Source: an uncultured bacterium (GTDB lineage: Bacteria > Bacteroidota > Bacteroidia > Sphingobacteriales > Sphingobacteriaceae). From it: a stretch of 64,000 bases of DNA. The notes under the pieces are model-generated. The model was not told the origin of the DNA and did not search any database. It worked only from the letters and a program-made list of their open reading frames with translations. Position numbers and translations under genes: made by a program. The DNA lies in contig CAIMAP010000056.1 in NCBI GenBank assembly GCA_903838995.1, positions 2,028-66,027 on the forward strand, written 5' to 3'. Below, piece by piece: positions 1 through 9,996 of this stretch; positions within the stretch are counted from its first letter, which is position 1; each line of letters opens with the position of its first letter.

Positions 1-533
1 GCGGATTACAATTCGTAAACGAAATTTCTGGTGGTTCTATTCCTCGTGAATTTATTCCATCAGTAGAAAAAGGATTTGCAGCAGCAATGGTAAATGGCGT
101 ATTAGCTGGTTATCCATTGCCAAGCATGAAAGTAAGATTGATTGATGGTTCATTCCACGCAGTCGATTCAGATGCTTTATCTTTTGAGATTGCAGCGCGT
201 TCTGCTTTCCGTGAAGCATTGCCTAAGGCTAAACCAGTTTTAATGGAGCCAATCATGAAGGTGGAAATTTTAACACCAGAAGAAAACATGGGTGATGTTA
301 TCGGTGACATGAACCGTCGTCGTGGTCAATTACAAGGTATGGATACACGTGCTGGTTCACAAGTAATCAAAGCATTGGTACCACTTTCAGAAATGTTCGG
401 TTATGTGACACAATTACGTACCATTACCTCTGGTCGTGCAACATCAACAATGGAATTTGATCATTATGCAGAAGCACCTAGAAACGTGCAAGACGAAGTA
501 ATTGCAAAAGTAAAAGGTAAATCAAAAGAGTAA
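1..533 (+). CDS. fusA: Elongation factor G, C-terminal fragment (5' end outside window)
   Basis: Frame is open from the window edge. '[17 protein letters not shown]' and '[33 protein letters not shown]' are EF-G domain IV/V hallmarks. Lies directly upstream of rpsJ. Confidence 0.95.
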   Translation, partial: GLQFVNEISGGSIPREFIPSVEKGFAAAMVNGVLAGYPLPSMKVRLIDGSFHAVDSDALSFEIAARSAFREALPKAKPVLMEPIMKVEILTPEENMGDVIGDMNRRRGQLQGMDTRAGSQVIKALVPLSEMFGYVTQLRTITSGRATSTMEFDHYAEAPRNVQDEVIAKVKGKSKE

Positions 534-590
534 TTAAATAAATCAATCGTTGTAACTAATAGCTCTTACATCGATCTAAATAAATATAAA

Positions 591-896
591 ATGAGCCAAA
601 GAATTAGAATTAAATTAAAATCTTACGATTACAACTTAGTAGATAAATCTGCTGAGAAAATCGTGAAGACTGTAAAGGCTACAAATGCCGTGGTGAGTGG
701 ACCAATTCCATTGCCTACAGAGAAGAAAATTTTTACGGTATTGCGTTCACCGCACGTAAACAAAAAAGCTAGAGAGCAATTCCAATTATGTTCTTACAAA
801 AGACTATTGGATATCTATAGCTCAACTTCAAAAACTGTTGACGCTTTAATGAAATTAGAGTTGCCTTCAGGAGTAGAAGTGGAAATTAAAGTTTGA
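591..896 (+). CDS. rpsJ: 30S ribosomal protein S10
   Basis: 101 aa; '[10 protein letters not shown]' and '[14 protein letters not shown]'; position in the S10 operon. Confidence 0.97.
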   Translation: MSQRIRIKLKSYDYNLVDKSAEKIVKTVKATNAVVSGPIPLPTEKKIFTVLRSPHVNKKAREQFQLCSYKRLLDIYSSTSKTVDALMKLELPSGVEVEIKV

Positions 897-967
897 TAAA
901 TTAAATAAATATACACACATCTTGAACGAAGTGGCCTACACTACGATGGATGTAAAAACAAAAACAA

Positions 968-1585
968 ATGTCAGGAATAATTGGTAAAAAAGTAGGAATG
1001 ACTAGCGTGTACAATGCGGAGGGTAAAAACATCCCATGTACAGTTATCCAAGCTGGTCCTTGCGTAGTTACGCAAGTAAAAACCGTTGAAATAGACGGTT
1101 ACGCTTCTGTACAGTTAGCGTATGACGAAAAGAAGGACAAGAACACTTCTAAACCGATGAAAGGTCATTTTGCGAAAGCAAATACGACTGCAAAAAAGAA
1201 ACTTGTTGAATTCAAGAAGTTTAATGATGCAAAAACAATCGGCGAAGTAATTACTGCAGAGCTTTTCGTAGAAGGTGATCTTATCGATGTGGTAGGAACC
1301 TCAAAAGGTAAAGGATTTCAAGGTGTTGTAAAGCGTCATGGATTTGCCGGTGTGGGTGGTCAAACTCACGGTCAGCATAACCGTTTAAGAGCGCCAGGTT
1401 CATTAGGAGCTTCTTCTTGGCCGTCAAAAGTATTCAAAGGAATGCGTATGGCAGGCAGAATGGGTGGAGACCGCGTGAAAGTTCAAAACTTGCAAATATT
1501 AAAAGTGTACCCAGAACAAAACTTATTAGTAGTAAGTGGTTCTATCCCTGGTGCAAAAGGTTCATATGTAATATTGGAGAAATAA
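968..1585 (+). CDS. rplC: 50S ribosomal protein L3
   Basis: '[10 protein letters not shown]' and '[22 protein letters not shown]'; operon order. Confidence 0.97.
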   Translation: MSGIIGKKVGMTSVYNAEGKNIPCTVIQAGPCVVTQVKTVEIDGYASVQLAYDEKKDKNTSKPMKGHFAKANTTAKKKLVEFKKFNDAKTIGEVITAELFVEGDLIDVVGTSKGKGFQGVVKRHGFAGVGGQTHGQHNRLRAPGSLGASSWPSKVFKGMRMAGRMGGDRVKVQNLQILKVYPEQNLLVVSGSIPGAKGSYVILEK

Positions 1586-1588
1586 GCG

Positions 1589-2218
1589 ATGGAATTTAAG
1601 GTAGTAAACATTGAAGGAAAAGAGACAGGTAACAAGGTTACCCTTTCCGACGCCATTTTCGGTATTGAACCAAATGATCACGCTATTTATTTAGATGTTA
1701 AACAATATTTAGCGAATCAACGTCAAGGAACACACAAATCGAAGCAACGTAACGAAATTTCTGGTTCAACTAGAAAATTACATAAACAAAAAGGTACTGG
1801 TGGATCCCGTAAAGGTAGCATCAAGAGTCCAATGTTTAAAGGTGGTGGACGCGTTTTTGGTCCGCAACCAAGAGATTACAGCTTCAAATTAAATAAGAAG
1901 TTAAAAGCTTTGGCGCGTATGTCAGCATTGACTTACAAAGCAAAAAATAATGACATCGTTATTTTGGAAGATTTCCAAATGGAAGCTCCAAAAACTAAAA
2001 ACTTTGTGAACATTATGAATAACTTGAAAATCGCTGATAAGAAATCATTATTAGTTTTAGCAGGCATGAGTGAGGCAATTTATTTGTCAAGCAGAAACTT
2101 GCAAAAAGCAAAAGTAGTTTCAGCATCAGATATCAATACTTATGATTTGTTAAACGCAGATAAATTAGTATTGACTTCAGGTTCAGTTAAAACAATTGAA
2201 GAATCATTAAGTAAGTAA
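1589..2218 (+). CDS. rplD: 50S ribosomal protein L4
   Basis: '[27 protein letters not shown]'; operon order. Confidence 0.97.
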   Translation: MEFKVVNIEGKETGNKVTLSDAIFGIEPNDHAIYLDVKQYLANQRQGTHKSKQRNEISGSTRKLHKQKGTGGSRKGSIKSPMFKGGGRVFGPQPRDYSFKLNKKLKALARMSALTYKAKNNDIVILEDFQMEAPKTKNFVNIMNNLKIADKKSLLVLAGMSEAIYLSSRNLQKAKVVSASDINTYDLLNADKLVLTSGSVKTIEESLSK

Positions 2219-2222
2219 GACC

Positions 2223-2513
2223 ATGGAGATACTAAAAAAACCAATACTTACAGAGAAAGTAGCTGCAATGGGCGAGAAGTTTAATCGCTTTGCATTTGTG
2301 GTAGATAGAAAAGCAAATAAAATACAAATCAAAAATGCTGTTGAAGCAATGTTCAATGTTACAGTAATTGCAGTTAACACTATGATTGCACCAGGGAAAT
2401 TCAAATCTCGTGGTACAAAAACAGGAGTTGTTTCTGGAACTACAGGTCGTGTGAAAAAAGCGATCGTTTCATTAGCAGAAGGTAGCACTATTGACTTTTA
2501 TAATAATATTTAA
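2223..2513 (+). CDS. rplW: 50S ribosomal protein L23
   Basis: 96 aa; 'ILKKPILTEK'; lies between rplD and rplB. Confidence 0.95.
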   Translation: MEILKKPILTEKVAAMGEKFNRFAFVVDRKANKIQIKNAVEAMFNVTVIAVNTMIAPGKFKSRGTKTGVVSGTTGRVKKAIVSLAEGSTIDFYNNI

Positions 2514-2520
2514 TTAGGTT

Positions 2521-3345
2521 ATGGCAGTTAAAAGATATAAACCGACTACGCCGGGACAACGTTTTAGAGTAAGTGCTGATACTTCAGACATTACTACAAA
2601 CGTTCCTGAAAAATCGCTTGTGGTTTCTCATAAGAGATCAGGCGGACGTAACCATTCGGGAAAAATGACTATGCGTTATATTGGCGGTGGTCATAAGAAA
2701 TCATATCGTTTGATCGATTTCAAAAGAGACAAACATGGTATTCCAGCAGTGGTAGCAACAATTGAGTATGATCCAAACAGAACATCTCGTATTGCATTGT
2801 TACATTATGCAGACGGAGAAAAAAGATATATTCTTTCTCCAGAAGGCTTAACAGTTGGAATGAAAATTCAAAGTGGAGAAGGTTCTGCACCAGAAATTGG
2901 TAATGCGCTTCCATTAAAGAATATTCCATTAGGTACATTGATTCACAACATCGAAATGAAACCTGGTCAAGGTGGTAAGATCGCTAGAGGTGCTGGTACA
3001 TACGCTCAATTAGCAGCGCGTGACGGTAAGTATGCGATCATTAAAATGCCTTCAGGTGAAACTCGTATGATTTTATCAGAGTGTATTGCAACTATCGGAA
3101 AATCTTCAAATTCTGATCACCAAATTGAGAGATTAGGTAAAGCAGGAAGAAACCGTTGGTTGGGTCGCCGTCCAAGAACGAGACCAGTAGCGATGAACCC
3201 AGTCGATCACCCTATGGGTGGTGGTGAAGGTAGAGCTTCTGGAGGTCACCCACGTTCTAGAACAGGTGTGTTAGCGAAAGGTTACAAAACTCGCTACAAA
3301 AAGAAATCATCGAATCGTTACATCATTGAAAGAAGGAAGAAATAA
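2521..3345 (+). CDS. rplB: 50S ribosomal protein L2
   Basis: '[15 protein letters not shown]' and '[14 protein letters not shown]'. Confidence 0.98.
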   Translation: MAVKRYKPTTPGQRFRVSADTSDITTNVPEKSLVVSHKRSGGRNHSGKMTMRYIGGGHKKSYRLIDFKRDKHGIPAVVATIEYDPNRTSRIALLHYADGEKRYILSPEGLTVGMKIQSGEGSAPEIGNALPLKNIPLGTLIHNIEMKPGQGGKIARGAGTYAQLAARDGKYAIIKMPSGETRMILSECIATIGKSSNSDHQIERLGKAGRNRWLGRRPRTRPVAMNPVDHPMGGGEGRASGGHPRSRTGVLAKGYKTRYKKKSSNRYIIERRKK

Positions 3346-3614
3346 TGGCTCGTTCAATTAAAAAAGGACCTTATATTGATTTTAATCTTGAGAAAAAAGT
3401 GGTTGTTATGAACGACGCTAGCAAGAAATCAGTAATTAAAACTTGGTCAAGAAGATCAATGATCTCACCAGATTTTGTGGGACATACATTTGCAGTTCAT
3501 AATGGTAATAAATTTATTCCTGTTTACGTAACTGAAAACATGGTTGGACATAAGTTAGGAGAATTCTCCCCAACCCGTACATTCAGAGGACATTCAGGTG
3601 ATAAAAAGAAATAA
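3345..3614 (+). CDS. rpsS: 30S ribosomal protein S19
   Basis: '[11 protein letters not shown]' and 'GHTFAVHNG'; the ATG overlaps the rplB stop codon (TAATG). Confidence 0.97.
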   Translation: MARSIKKGPYIDFNLEKKVVVMNDASKKSVIKTWSRRSMISPDFVGHTFAVHNGNKFIPVYVTENMVGHKLGEFSPTRTFRGHSGDKKK

Positions 3615-3622
3615 GAAGTAAC

Positions 3623-3982
3623 ATGGAAGCTATCGCAAAATTAAATGATTGTCCAACCTCACCACGTAAAATGCGTTTGGTTGTAGATTTAATCAGAGGA
3701 CAAAAAGTAGAAAATGCTTTACATATTCTAAAGTACAACACTAAAGAAGCTTCACAACGCGTGGAGAAACTTTTGCTTTCTGCCATTGCAAATTGGCAAG
3801 CAAAAAACGAAGGTGTTCGTATGGAAGAAAGCGAATTATATGTGAAATCTGTTATGGTTGACGGTGGTCGTCAATTGAAAAGATTACGCCCCGCTCCGCA
3901 AGGAAGAGGACATCGTATCCGTAAAAGATCAAATCACGTAACATTAGTTGTAGACAGTAAAATATCAGAAACCAATAACTAA
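3623..3982 (+). CDS. rplV: 50S ribosomal protein L22
   Basis: '[14 protein letters not shown]' and '[14 protein letters not shown]'. Confidence 0.96.
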   Translation: MEAIAKLNDCPTSPRKMRLVVDLIRGQKVENALHILKYNTKEASQRVEKLLLSAIANWQAKNEGVRMEESELYVKSVMVDGGRQLKRLRPAPQGRGHRIRKRSNHVTLVVDSKISETNN

Positions 3983-3988
3983 CTAGAA

Positions 3989-4810
3989 ATGGGACAAAAA
4001 GTAAATCCAATAGGATATAGATTAGGAATCATTAAAGGTTGGGATTCTAATTGGTTCGGTGGAAATCACTATGCTGATAAATTAGTTGAAGACGAAAAGA
4101 TTCGTAAATATATTATGGCTCGTATCTCCAAGGGAGGTATTGCTAAGATTGTAATTGAGCGTACATTAAAACGCATCACCATTACAATTCACACTGCACG
4201 TCCAGGTATCGTAATTGGTAAAGGCGGACAGGAAGTGGATAAAATCAAAGAAGAGTTAAAGAAAATTACCAAAAAAGATGTTCAAATTAACATCTTCGAA
4301 ATAAAACGTCCAGAATTAGACGCACAGTTAGTAGCAGATGGCGTTGCAAAACAATTAGAGGCAAGGATCTCTTTCCGTCGTGCAATGAAAACATCTATTG
4401 CATCTACCATGCGTATGGGTGCTGAAGGAATCAAAATCATGACTTCTGGTCGTTTAGGTGGAGCAGAGATGGCTCGTTCTGAACAATACAAAGACGGAAG
4501 AGTGCCTTTGCATACTTTAAGAGCAGACATTGATTATGCATTAGCAGAAGCTTTGACTACTTACGGTAAGATTGGTATTAAAGTGTGGATTTGTAAAGGT
4601 GAAGTTTACGGTAAGCGTGATCTTTCTCCAAACATTGGATCTTCAGCAAATACTAAATCTAGAACAGAAGGTGGTGCTGGCGGCGATCGTCCAGATAGAA
4701 GAGATAATAGAGGTGGCGACAAACGCGATAATAGAGGTTCTGGTGATAGAAGAGGTGGTGGAGCAGCTGGAAACAGAGGCGGTGCAACAAAAAGAACTAA
4801 CAGTAAATAA
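3989..4810 (+). CDS. rpsC: 30S ribosomal protein S3 with a long Arg/Gly/Asp-rich C-terminal tail
   Basis: '[12 protein letters not shown]' and KH motif 'GIVIGKGG'. The last ~55 aa are low-complexity '[28 protein letters not shown]'. Confidence 0.97.
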   Translation: MGQKVNPIGYRLGIIKGWDSNWFGGNHYADKLVEDEKIRKYIMARISKGGIAKIVIERTLKRITITIHTARPGIVIGKGGQEVDKIKEELKKITKKDVQINIFEIKRPELDAQLVADGVAKQLEARISFRRAMKTSIASTMRMGAEGIKIMTSGRLGGAEMARSEQYKDGRVPLHTLRADIDYALAEALTTYGKIGIKVWICKGEVYGKRDLSPNIGSSANTKSRTEGGAGGDRPDRRDNRGGDKRDNRGSGDRRGGGAAGNRGGATKRTNSK

Positions 4811-4846
4811 TTAGAGGATTCTTAAAGGGAATAAAAAGGTAAAGTT

Positions 4847-5269
4847 ATGTTACAACCAAAAAGAACGAAATTTAGAAAGATGCAGAAGGGCAGAATGAAA
4901 GGTAACGCCAAAAGAGGTGCTACGCTTGCATTCGGTTCATTCGGAATCAAATCGTTAGAAGATTGCTGGATTACAAGTCGTCAAATTGAAGCGGCTCGTA
5001 TTGCGGTTACACGTTTCATGAAAAGAGAGGGTCAAGTTTGGATCCGTATCTTCCCAGACAAACCAGTAACTAAAAAACCAGCTGAAGTACGTATGGGTAA
5101 GGGTAAAGGTGCACCGGAATATTGGGTAGCAGTAGTTAAACCTGGACGCATGATTTTCGAAGCAGAAGGTGTTTCATTGGAAATTGCAAAAGAGGCATTG
5201 CGCCTTGCTGCACAAAAACTTCCAGTTGCAACTAAGTTTGTCGTAAGAAGAGATTATACAGAAGCATAA
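4847..5269 (+). CDS. rplP: 50S ribosomal protein L16
   Basis: '[16 protein letters not shown]' and '[19 protein letters not shown]'. Confidence 0.97.
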   Translation: MLQPKRTKFRKMQKGRMKGNAKRGATLAFGSFGIKSLEDCWITSRQIEAARIAVTRFMKREGQVWIRIFPDKPVTKKPAEVRMGKGKGAPEYWVAVVKPGRMIFEAEGVSLEIAKEALRLAAQKLPVATKFVVRRDYTEA

Positions 5270-5325
5270 TAAGCAATTCATGGAATCTTGGCTCAGGATT
5301 CCCGCTGAAATAAAAACAAAAAGAG

Positions 5326-5529
5326 ATGAAATACGCAGAAATAAAAGAACTCTCAATAGAAGAGATTAAAGTAAGGATACAAGAAGAAAAGGGAAACTTA
5401 ACAAAGTTGAAATTCAGCCATGCTGTATCAGCTGTTGAAAACCCAATGGTTATTCGTACTTTAAGAAAAACAATCGCTCAATTAAATACAGAATTGAAAC
5501 AACGCGAGTTAACAACTAGCGCAGAATAA
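5326..5529 (+). CDS. rpmC: 50S ribosomal protein L29
   Basis: 67-aa helical protein between rplP and rpsQ; 'LRKTIAQLNTELKQRE'. Confidence 0.9.
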   Translation: MKYAEIKELSIEEIKVRIQEEKGNLTKLKFSHAVSAVENPMVIRTLRKTIAQLNTELKQRELTTSAE

Positions 5530-5538
5530 TTTTGTAAA

Positions 5539-5811
5539 ATGTCTCAGGAAATGGAAGAAACAAGAAAATTAAGAAAAACGAGAATCGGGCAAGTGGTTAG
5601 CAACAAAATGGAGAAATCTGTTACGGTAGCAATCGAGCGTAAGGTGAAACACCCGATCTATGGCAAGTTCGTAAAAACTACGAACAAATTTATGGCTCAT
5701 GACGAGAAAAACGAATGTAATATCGGTGATACGGTTAGCATTATGGAAGTTCGTCCGCTTAGTAAAAATAAGCGTTGGAGAGTAGTTGAAATTTTAGAAA
5801 GGGCTAAATAA
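5539..5811 (+). CDS. rpsQ: 30S ribosomal protein S17
   Basis: '[21 protein letters not shown]'. Confidence 0.96.
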   Translation: MSQEMEETRKLRKTRIGQVVSNKMEKSVTVAIERKVKHPIYGKFVKTTNKFMAHDEKNECNIGDTVSIMEVRPLSKNKRWRVVEILERAK

Positions 5812-5813
5812 TC

Positions 5814-6182
5814 ATGATACAGCAAGAATCAAGACTTACCGTAGCAGATAATAGCGGAGCTAAAGAAGTATTATGCATCCGTGTATTAGGTGGAACAGGT
5901 AAGAGATACGCATCAGTAGGCGATAAGATCGTTGTTACTGTAAAACATGCAATTCCTTCTGGAAATATCAAGAAAGGAACAGTTTCTAAAGCAGTAATTG
6001 TTAGGACTAAAAAAGAAGTACGTCGTAAAGATGGTTCATATATTCGTTTCGATGATAACGCAGCTGTGTTATTAAATGCAAACGACGAACCAAGAGGTAC
6101 ACGTATTTTTGGCCCAGTAGCTAGAGAATTGCGTGAAAAACAATTCATGAAAATTGTTTCATTAGCACCGGAGGTATTATAA
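5814..6182 (+). CDS. rplN: 50S ribosomal protein L14
   Basis: '[18 protein letters not shown]'; 122 aa. Confidence 0.98.
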   Translation: MIQQESRLTVADNSGAKEVLCIRVLGGTGKRYASVGDKIVVTVKHAIPSGNIKKGTVSKAVIVRTKKEVRRKDGSYIRFDDNAAVLLNANDEPRGTRIFGPVARELREKQFMKIVSLAPEVL

Positions 6183-6184
6183 TC

Positions 6185-6526
6185 ATGGAAAGAAAATATA
6201 ACACACAGACTAAATTGAAAATCCGTAAAGGGGATACTGTAAAAGTTATCGCTGGAGATTCAAAAGGTCAATCAGGAAAAGTATTAAGTGTGAGCTTAGC
6301 GAAAAACACCGTTCTTGTAGAAGGCATCAACATGGTATCTAAACATACTAAACCAAATGCAAAAAATACAGAAGGTGGTATCGTAAAAATGGAAGCTCCA
6401 GTAAACGTTTCTAATGTAATGCTAATAGATCCTGCATCTGGTAAAACTACTAGAGTTGGAAGAAAAGCAAACGCAGAAGGAAAATTAGAAAGATTTGCAA
6501 AAAAATCAGGGGAGGTGATAAAATAA
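6185..6526 (+). CDS. rplX: 50S ribosomal protein L24
   Basis: KOW motif '[22 protein letters not shown]'. Confidence 0.96.
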   Translation: MERKYNTQTKLKIRKGDTVKVIAGDSKGQSGKVLSVSLAKNTVLVEGINMVSKHTKPNAKNTEGGIVKMEAPVNVSNVMLIDPASGKTTRVGRKANAEGKLERFAKKSGEVIK

Positions 6527-7086
6527 TGGCTTACGAACCAAGATTAAAAGCGGCTTATAAGAAGGATATTATTTCTTCTTTGAAAGATAAATTTCAGTAC
6601 AAAAGCATCATGCAAGTACCGAAATTGATGAAAATCTGTATCAACCAAGGTGTTGGTGCTGCCGTTTCAGATAAAAAATTAATTGACAACGCAGTAGAGG
6701 AAATTACGATGATTACTGGTCAACGCGCTGTTGCAACCAAATCAAAGAAAGATATCTCGAACTTTAAATTGCGTAAAGCAGTACCAGTTGGTGTTCGTGT
6801 AACACTTCGTGATAATCAAATGTATGAGTTCCTAGACAGATTAATTTCTGTTGCTTTACCTCGTATCCGTGATTTCAAAGGTATCAATGATAAAGGTTTT
6901 GATGGACGTGGTAACTACACTTTAGGTGTTACTGAGCAAATCATCTTCCCAGAGATCGATATTGATAAAATCAACAAGATCACAGGTATGGATATTACAT
7001 TCGTTACCAATGCTGGAACAGATAAAGAGGCTTTAGAATTATTAAAAGAATTTGGTTTACCATTTAAAAATCAAAATAATAACTAA
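6526..7086 (+). CDS. rplE: 50S ribosomal protein L5
   Basis: '[18 protein letters not shown]'; the ATG overlaps the rplX stop codon. Confidence 0.97.
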   Translation: MAYEPRLKAAYKKDIISSLKDKFQYKSIMQVPKLMKICINQGVGAAVSDKKLIDNAVEEITMITGQRAVATKSKKDISNFKLRKAVPVGVRVTLRDNQMYEFLDRLISVALPRIRDFKGINDKGFDGRGNYTLGVTEQIIFPEIDIDKINKITGMDITFVTNAGTDKEALELLKEFGLPFKNQNNN

Positions 7087-7091
7087 GTAAA

Positions 7092-7361
7092 ATGGCTAAA
7101 GAAGGTTTAAAAGCTCGCGAAGCGAAGCGTCAGAAATTAGTAGATAAATACGCTCAAAAAAGAGCTGATTTGAAAGCTGCCGGAGATTTCCAAGGATTAG
7201 ATAAATTGCCAAAAAACTCTAGCCCTGTTCGTTTACACAACCGTTGTAAATTAACTGGTCGTCCAAGAGGTTATATGCGTCAATTTGGCATCTCAAGGGT
7301 TACTTTTAGAGAAATGGCATTAGCTGGAAAGATCCCAGGAGTGACAAAATCTAGCTGGTAA
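7092..7361 (+). CDS. rpsN: 30S ribosomal protein S14 (long, non-zinc form)
   Basis: 89 aa; '[23 protein letters not shown]'. Has a single Cys, so no CxxC pairs. Confidence 0.96.
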   Translation: MAKEGLKAREAKRQKLVDKYAQKRADLKAAGDFQGLDKLPKNSSPVRLHNRCKLTGRPRGYMRQFGISRVTFREMALAGKIPGVTKSSW

Positions 7362-7405
7362 GCAATAAAAAGGAGCAAATTATAGGTATAGGTCAAAAAT
7401 ATTCA

Positions 7406-7413
7406 TATCTTTG
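7406..7413 (+). promoter_or_regulatory. Candidate Bacteroidota -7 promoter box TAtcTTTG inside the spc operon, upstream of rpsH
   Basis: Exact match to the Bacteroides-type TAnnTTTG -7 consensus, in the 97-nt rpsN-rpsH spacer, 45 nt before the rpsH ATG. Confidence 0.3.
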
Positions 7414-7458
7414 CCCTCCGCTAAAAATTGAAATTAATTAAGTAGAATTAAAAATAAA

Positions 7459-7857
7459 ATGACTACAGATCCAATAGCAGATTATCTTACAAGAGTAAGG
7501 AATGCCATCAAGGCCAACCATCGGGTTGTCGAAATTCCTGCATCTAATATCAAAAAGGAAATCACGAAAGTGCTTTTTGATAAAGGATATATTGCGAATT
7601 ACAAGTTTGAAGATGCAGGTATAGACAGCAGCATTAAAATTGCTTTGAAATACCATCCGATTACTAAAACTTCGGCAATCAGGAAACTCCAAAGAATCAG
7701 TAAACCTGGTTTAAGATCATATTCTGGTACCGCAACGATGCCAAGAGTATTGAATGGTTTAGGAATCGCAATCATCTCTACCTCAAAAGGTGTGATGTCT
7801 GACAAAGAAGCAAGACTTCAAAATGTTGGTGGCGAAGTATTATGTTACATATATTAA
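7459..7857 (+). CDS. rpsH: 30S ribosomal protein S8
   Basis: 'TDPIADYLTRVRNA' and 'ISTSKGVMSDKEAR'. Confidence 0.97.
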   Translation: MTTDPIADYLTRVRNAIKANHRVVEIPASNIKKEITKVLFDKGYIANYKFEDAGIDSSIKIALKYHPITKTSAIRKLQRISKPGLRSYSGTATMPRVLNGLGIAIISTSKGVMSDKEARLQNVGGEVLCYIY

Positions 7858-7873
7858 TTAGGAGGACGAAAAA

Positions 7874-8431
7874 ATGTCAAGAATTGGAAAATTACCTATA
7901 GCCTTGCCACAAGGCGTAGAATTAACAGTTTCTCCTGAAAATGTAGTAACTGTTAAAGGTCCTAAAGGATCATTAACGCAAGCAGTAGATAAAGATATCA
8001 TTGTTAAAGTAGAAGAGGGACAAATCATTGTTGCTCGTCCAACTGAACAAAAGAGACATAAAGCATTGCATGGTTTATACCGTTCTCTAGTAAACAACAT
8101 GGTTGTTGGAGTAACGCAAGGGTATAAAGTAACGCAAGAATTAGTAGGTGTAGGTTACCGTGCTACCAATACAGGCAATACGCTGGATATGGTATTAGGT
8201 TATTCTCACCATTTTGTGTTCGAATTACCTAAAGAAATTAAAGTTACTACAACTGCAGAAAAAGGTCAAAACCCAACTATTATTTTAGAAAGTATAGACA
8301 AGCAGTTAATTGGTCAAGTTGCCGCAAAGATTAGATCTTTAAGAGCTCCAGAACCATACAAAGGTAAAGGTATTAAATTTGCTGGTGAGGTATTGAGAAG
8401 AAAAGCAGGTAAGTCAGCAGCTAAAAAATAA
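7874..8431 (+). CDS. rplF: 50S ribosomal protein L6
   Basis: 'MSRIGKLPIALPQGV' and 'PEPYKGKGIKF'. Confidence 0.97.
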   Translation: MSRIGKLPIALPQGVELTVSPENVVTVKGPKGSLTQAVDKDIIVKVEEGQIIVARPTEQKRHKALHGLYRSLVNNMVVGVTQGYKVTQELVGVGYRATNTGNTLDMVLGYSHHFVFELPKEIKVTTTAEKGQNPTIILESIDKQLIGQVAAKIRSLRAPEPYKGKGIKFAGEVLRRKAGKSAAKK

Positions 8432-8443
8432 TTAAGAAGAGTC

Positions 8444-8797
8444 ATGGGAAAAAATAAGTCTTCAAGAAGATTAAGAATTAAAAAAGGTATCAGAATTGCC
8501 ATCAGTGGCACGCCTGAAATGCCTAGACTTTCTGTGTACAGAAGTAATAAAGCAATTTACGCTCAAGTAATTGATGATTTAAACGGAAAAACTTTAGCAT
8601 TTGCATCTAGCGCGAAAAACGCAGTAGCTGCAGACTTAAACAAAGTTGACCAATCAAAAGCAGTAGGTATATTAATTGCAGAAAAAGCAAAAGCTGCTGG
8701 TATAGAAAAAGTTGTTTTCGACAGAAACGGTTATTTATATCACGGAAGAATTAAATCTTTAGCAGAAGGTGCTAGAGAAGGTGGTTTACAATTCTAA
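8444..8797 (+). CDS. rplR: 50S ribosomal protein L18
   Basis: '[19 protein letters not shown]' and '[26 protein letters not shown]'. Confidence 0.97.
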   Translation: MGKNKSSRRLRIKKGIRIAISGTPEMPRLSVYRSNKAIYAQVIDDLNGKTLAFASSAKNAVAADLNKVDQSKAVGILIAEKAKAAGIEKVVFDRNGYLYHGRIKSLAEGAREGGLQF

Positions 8798-8807
8798 AAA
8801 TCAGAAA

Positions 8808-9326
8808 ATGTCAACAGCAAATATAAAAAGAGTAAAAACTACTGATATTGAATTAAAAGACAAATTAGTAAGTATTCAGCGTGTAGCTAAAGTTACTAAA
8901 GGTGGTCGTACATTCAGTTTTTCTGCAATCGTAGTGGTTGGAGATGAAAACGGAGTAGTAGGTTTCGGTTTAGGAAAAGCGAAAGAAGTAACCGAAGCGA
9001 TTGCTAAAGGTATCGACGACGCAAAAAAGAATTTAATAAAAGTGCCAATTCACAAAGGTACTGTACCTCACGAGCAATATGGTAAATATTCTGGTGGTTA
9101 TGTATTCTTGAAACCAGCTTCACACGGAACAGGTGTAATTGCAGGTGGTGCAATGCGTGCAGTATTAGAAAGCGCTGGAGTTACAGACGTTTTGGCTAAG
9201 TCAAAAGGTTCTTCAAATCCACATAACGTGGTAAAAGCAACGGTAGCTGCATTAGCTAATATGAGAGATGCAATTACAGTAGCTCAACATAGAGGTGTTT
9301 CTTTAAATAAAGTATTTAACGGTTAA
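8808..9326 (+). CDS. rpsE: 30S ribosomal protein S5
   Basis: '[25 protein letters not shown]'. I chose the ATG at 8808 ('MSTANIKR') because the track start at 8769 overlaps the rplR 3' end. Confidence 0.93.
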   Translation: MSTANIKRVKTTDIELKDKLVSIQRVAKVTKGGRTFSFSAIVVVGDENGVVGFGLGKAKEVTEAIAKGIDDAKKNLIKVPIHKGTVPHEQYGKYSGGYVFLKPASHGTGVIAGGAMRAVLESAGVTDVLAKSKGSSNPHNVVKATVAALANMRDAITVAQHRGVSLNKVFNG

Positions 9327-9332
9327 GAAATT

Positions 9333-9512
9333 ATGTCGAAGATAAAAATTACACAGACCAAAAGTGTCATAGACAGAAGCCTTAGACAAAAGAAAACAAT
9401 GTTTGCTTTAGGTTTAAGAAAAATGAATCAGACTGTTGAAGTAGAAGCAACTCCTCAAATTTTAGGAATGGTTGCAAAAGTAAATCATCTGATCAAAGTA
9501 GAAAATAGTTAA
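9333..9512 (+). CDS. rpmD: 50S ribosomal protein L30 (not in the ORF track, 59 aa)
   Basis: Hand translation gives MSKIKITQTKSVIDRSLRQKKTMFALGLRKMNQTVEVEATPQILGMVAKVNHLIKVENS*. This is the expected rpsE-rpmD-rplO position. Confidence 0.92.
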   Translation: MSKIKITQTKSVIDRSLRQKKTMFALGLRKMNQTVEVEATPQILGMVAKVNHLIKVENS

Positions 9513-9545
9513 TTGTTTTAGCCATTAGGCATAGATTCAACGAAA

Positions 9546-9992
9546 ATGAAATTAAATAATTTAAAACCAGCTATAGGGGCAGTAAAAAGCAGCAAGCGTA
9601 TTGGTAGAGGAACAGGATCTGGAAGAGGTGGAACCTCAACGCGTGGACATAAAGGTGCTGGATCTCGTTCAGGAAATTCAAGTAAGGTTGGTTTCGAAGG
9701 TGGTCAAATGCCATTACAACGTCGTATTCCTAAGTTTGGATTCAAAAATATTAACCGCATAGAGCATACAGGCATTAACCTTGATGTTTTACAAGGTTTG
9801 ATTGAAAAATATAATTTAACTGTAATAGATTTAGAAGTTTTAAGATCACATGGTCTTGCATCTAAAAATGATTTAGTTAAAATTTTAGGTCGCGGAGAAT
9901 TAAAAGCAAAGGTTGAAGTAAAAGCACATGCATTTACGGCAACTGCAAAAGCAGCAATCGAAGCAGCAGGTGGATCAACCGTAACTATCTAA
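9546..9992 (+). CDS. rplO: 50S ribosomal protein L15
   Basis: 'RIGRGTGSGRGGTSTRGHKG' and 'GGQMPLQRRIPK'. Confidence 0.97.
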   Translation: MKLNNLKPAIGAVKSSKRIGRGTGSGRGGTSTRGHKGAGSRSGNSSKVGFEGGQMPLQRRIPKFGFKNINRIEHTGINLDVLQGLIEKYNLTVIDLEVLRSHGLASKNDLVKILGRGELKAKVEVKAHAFTATAKAAIEAAGGSTVTI

Positions 9993-9996
9993 ATTC

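Noticed and set aside
897-967. Possible tRNA or small RNA genes in the larger spacers (897-967, 16979-17136, 25481-25688, 39755-39923, 58280-58436, 61713-61900)
   Set aside because: I read these spacers for cloverleaf-type nested stems and conserved T-loop (GTTCRA) context and found none. They contain only promoter-like boxes, terminators or short AT-rich hairpins.
8769-8807. Upstream ORF-track starts for rpsE (8769), lpxK (26438), PPIase (31388), lipoprotein D (45534), PorQ-like (49884) and helicase (52182)
   Set aside because: Each extension overlaps a neighbouring gene or terminator, or uses TTG, or adds non-conserved residues ahead of a canonical N-terminus or signal peptide. Internal ATGs were chosen instead.
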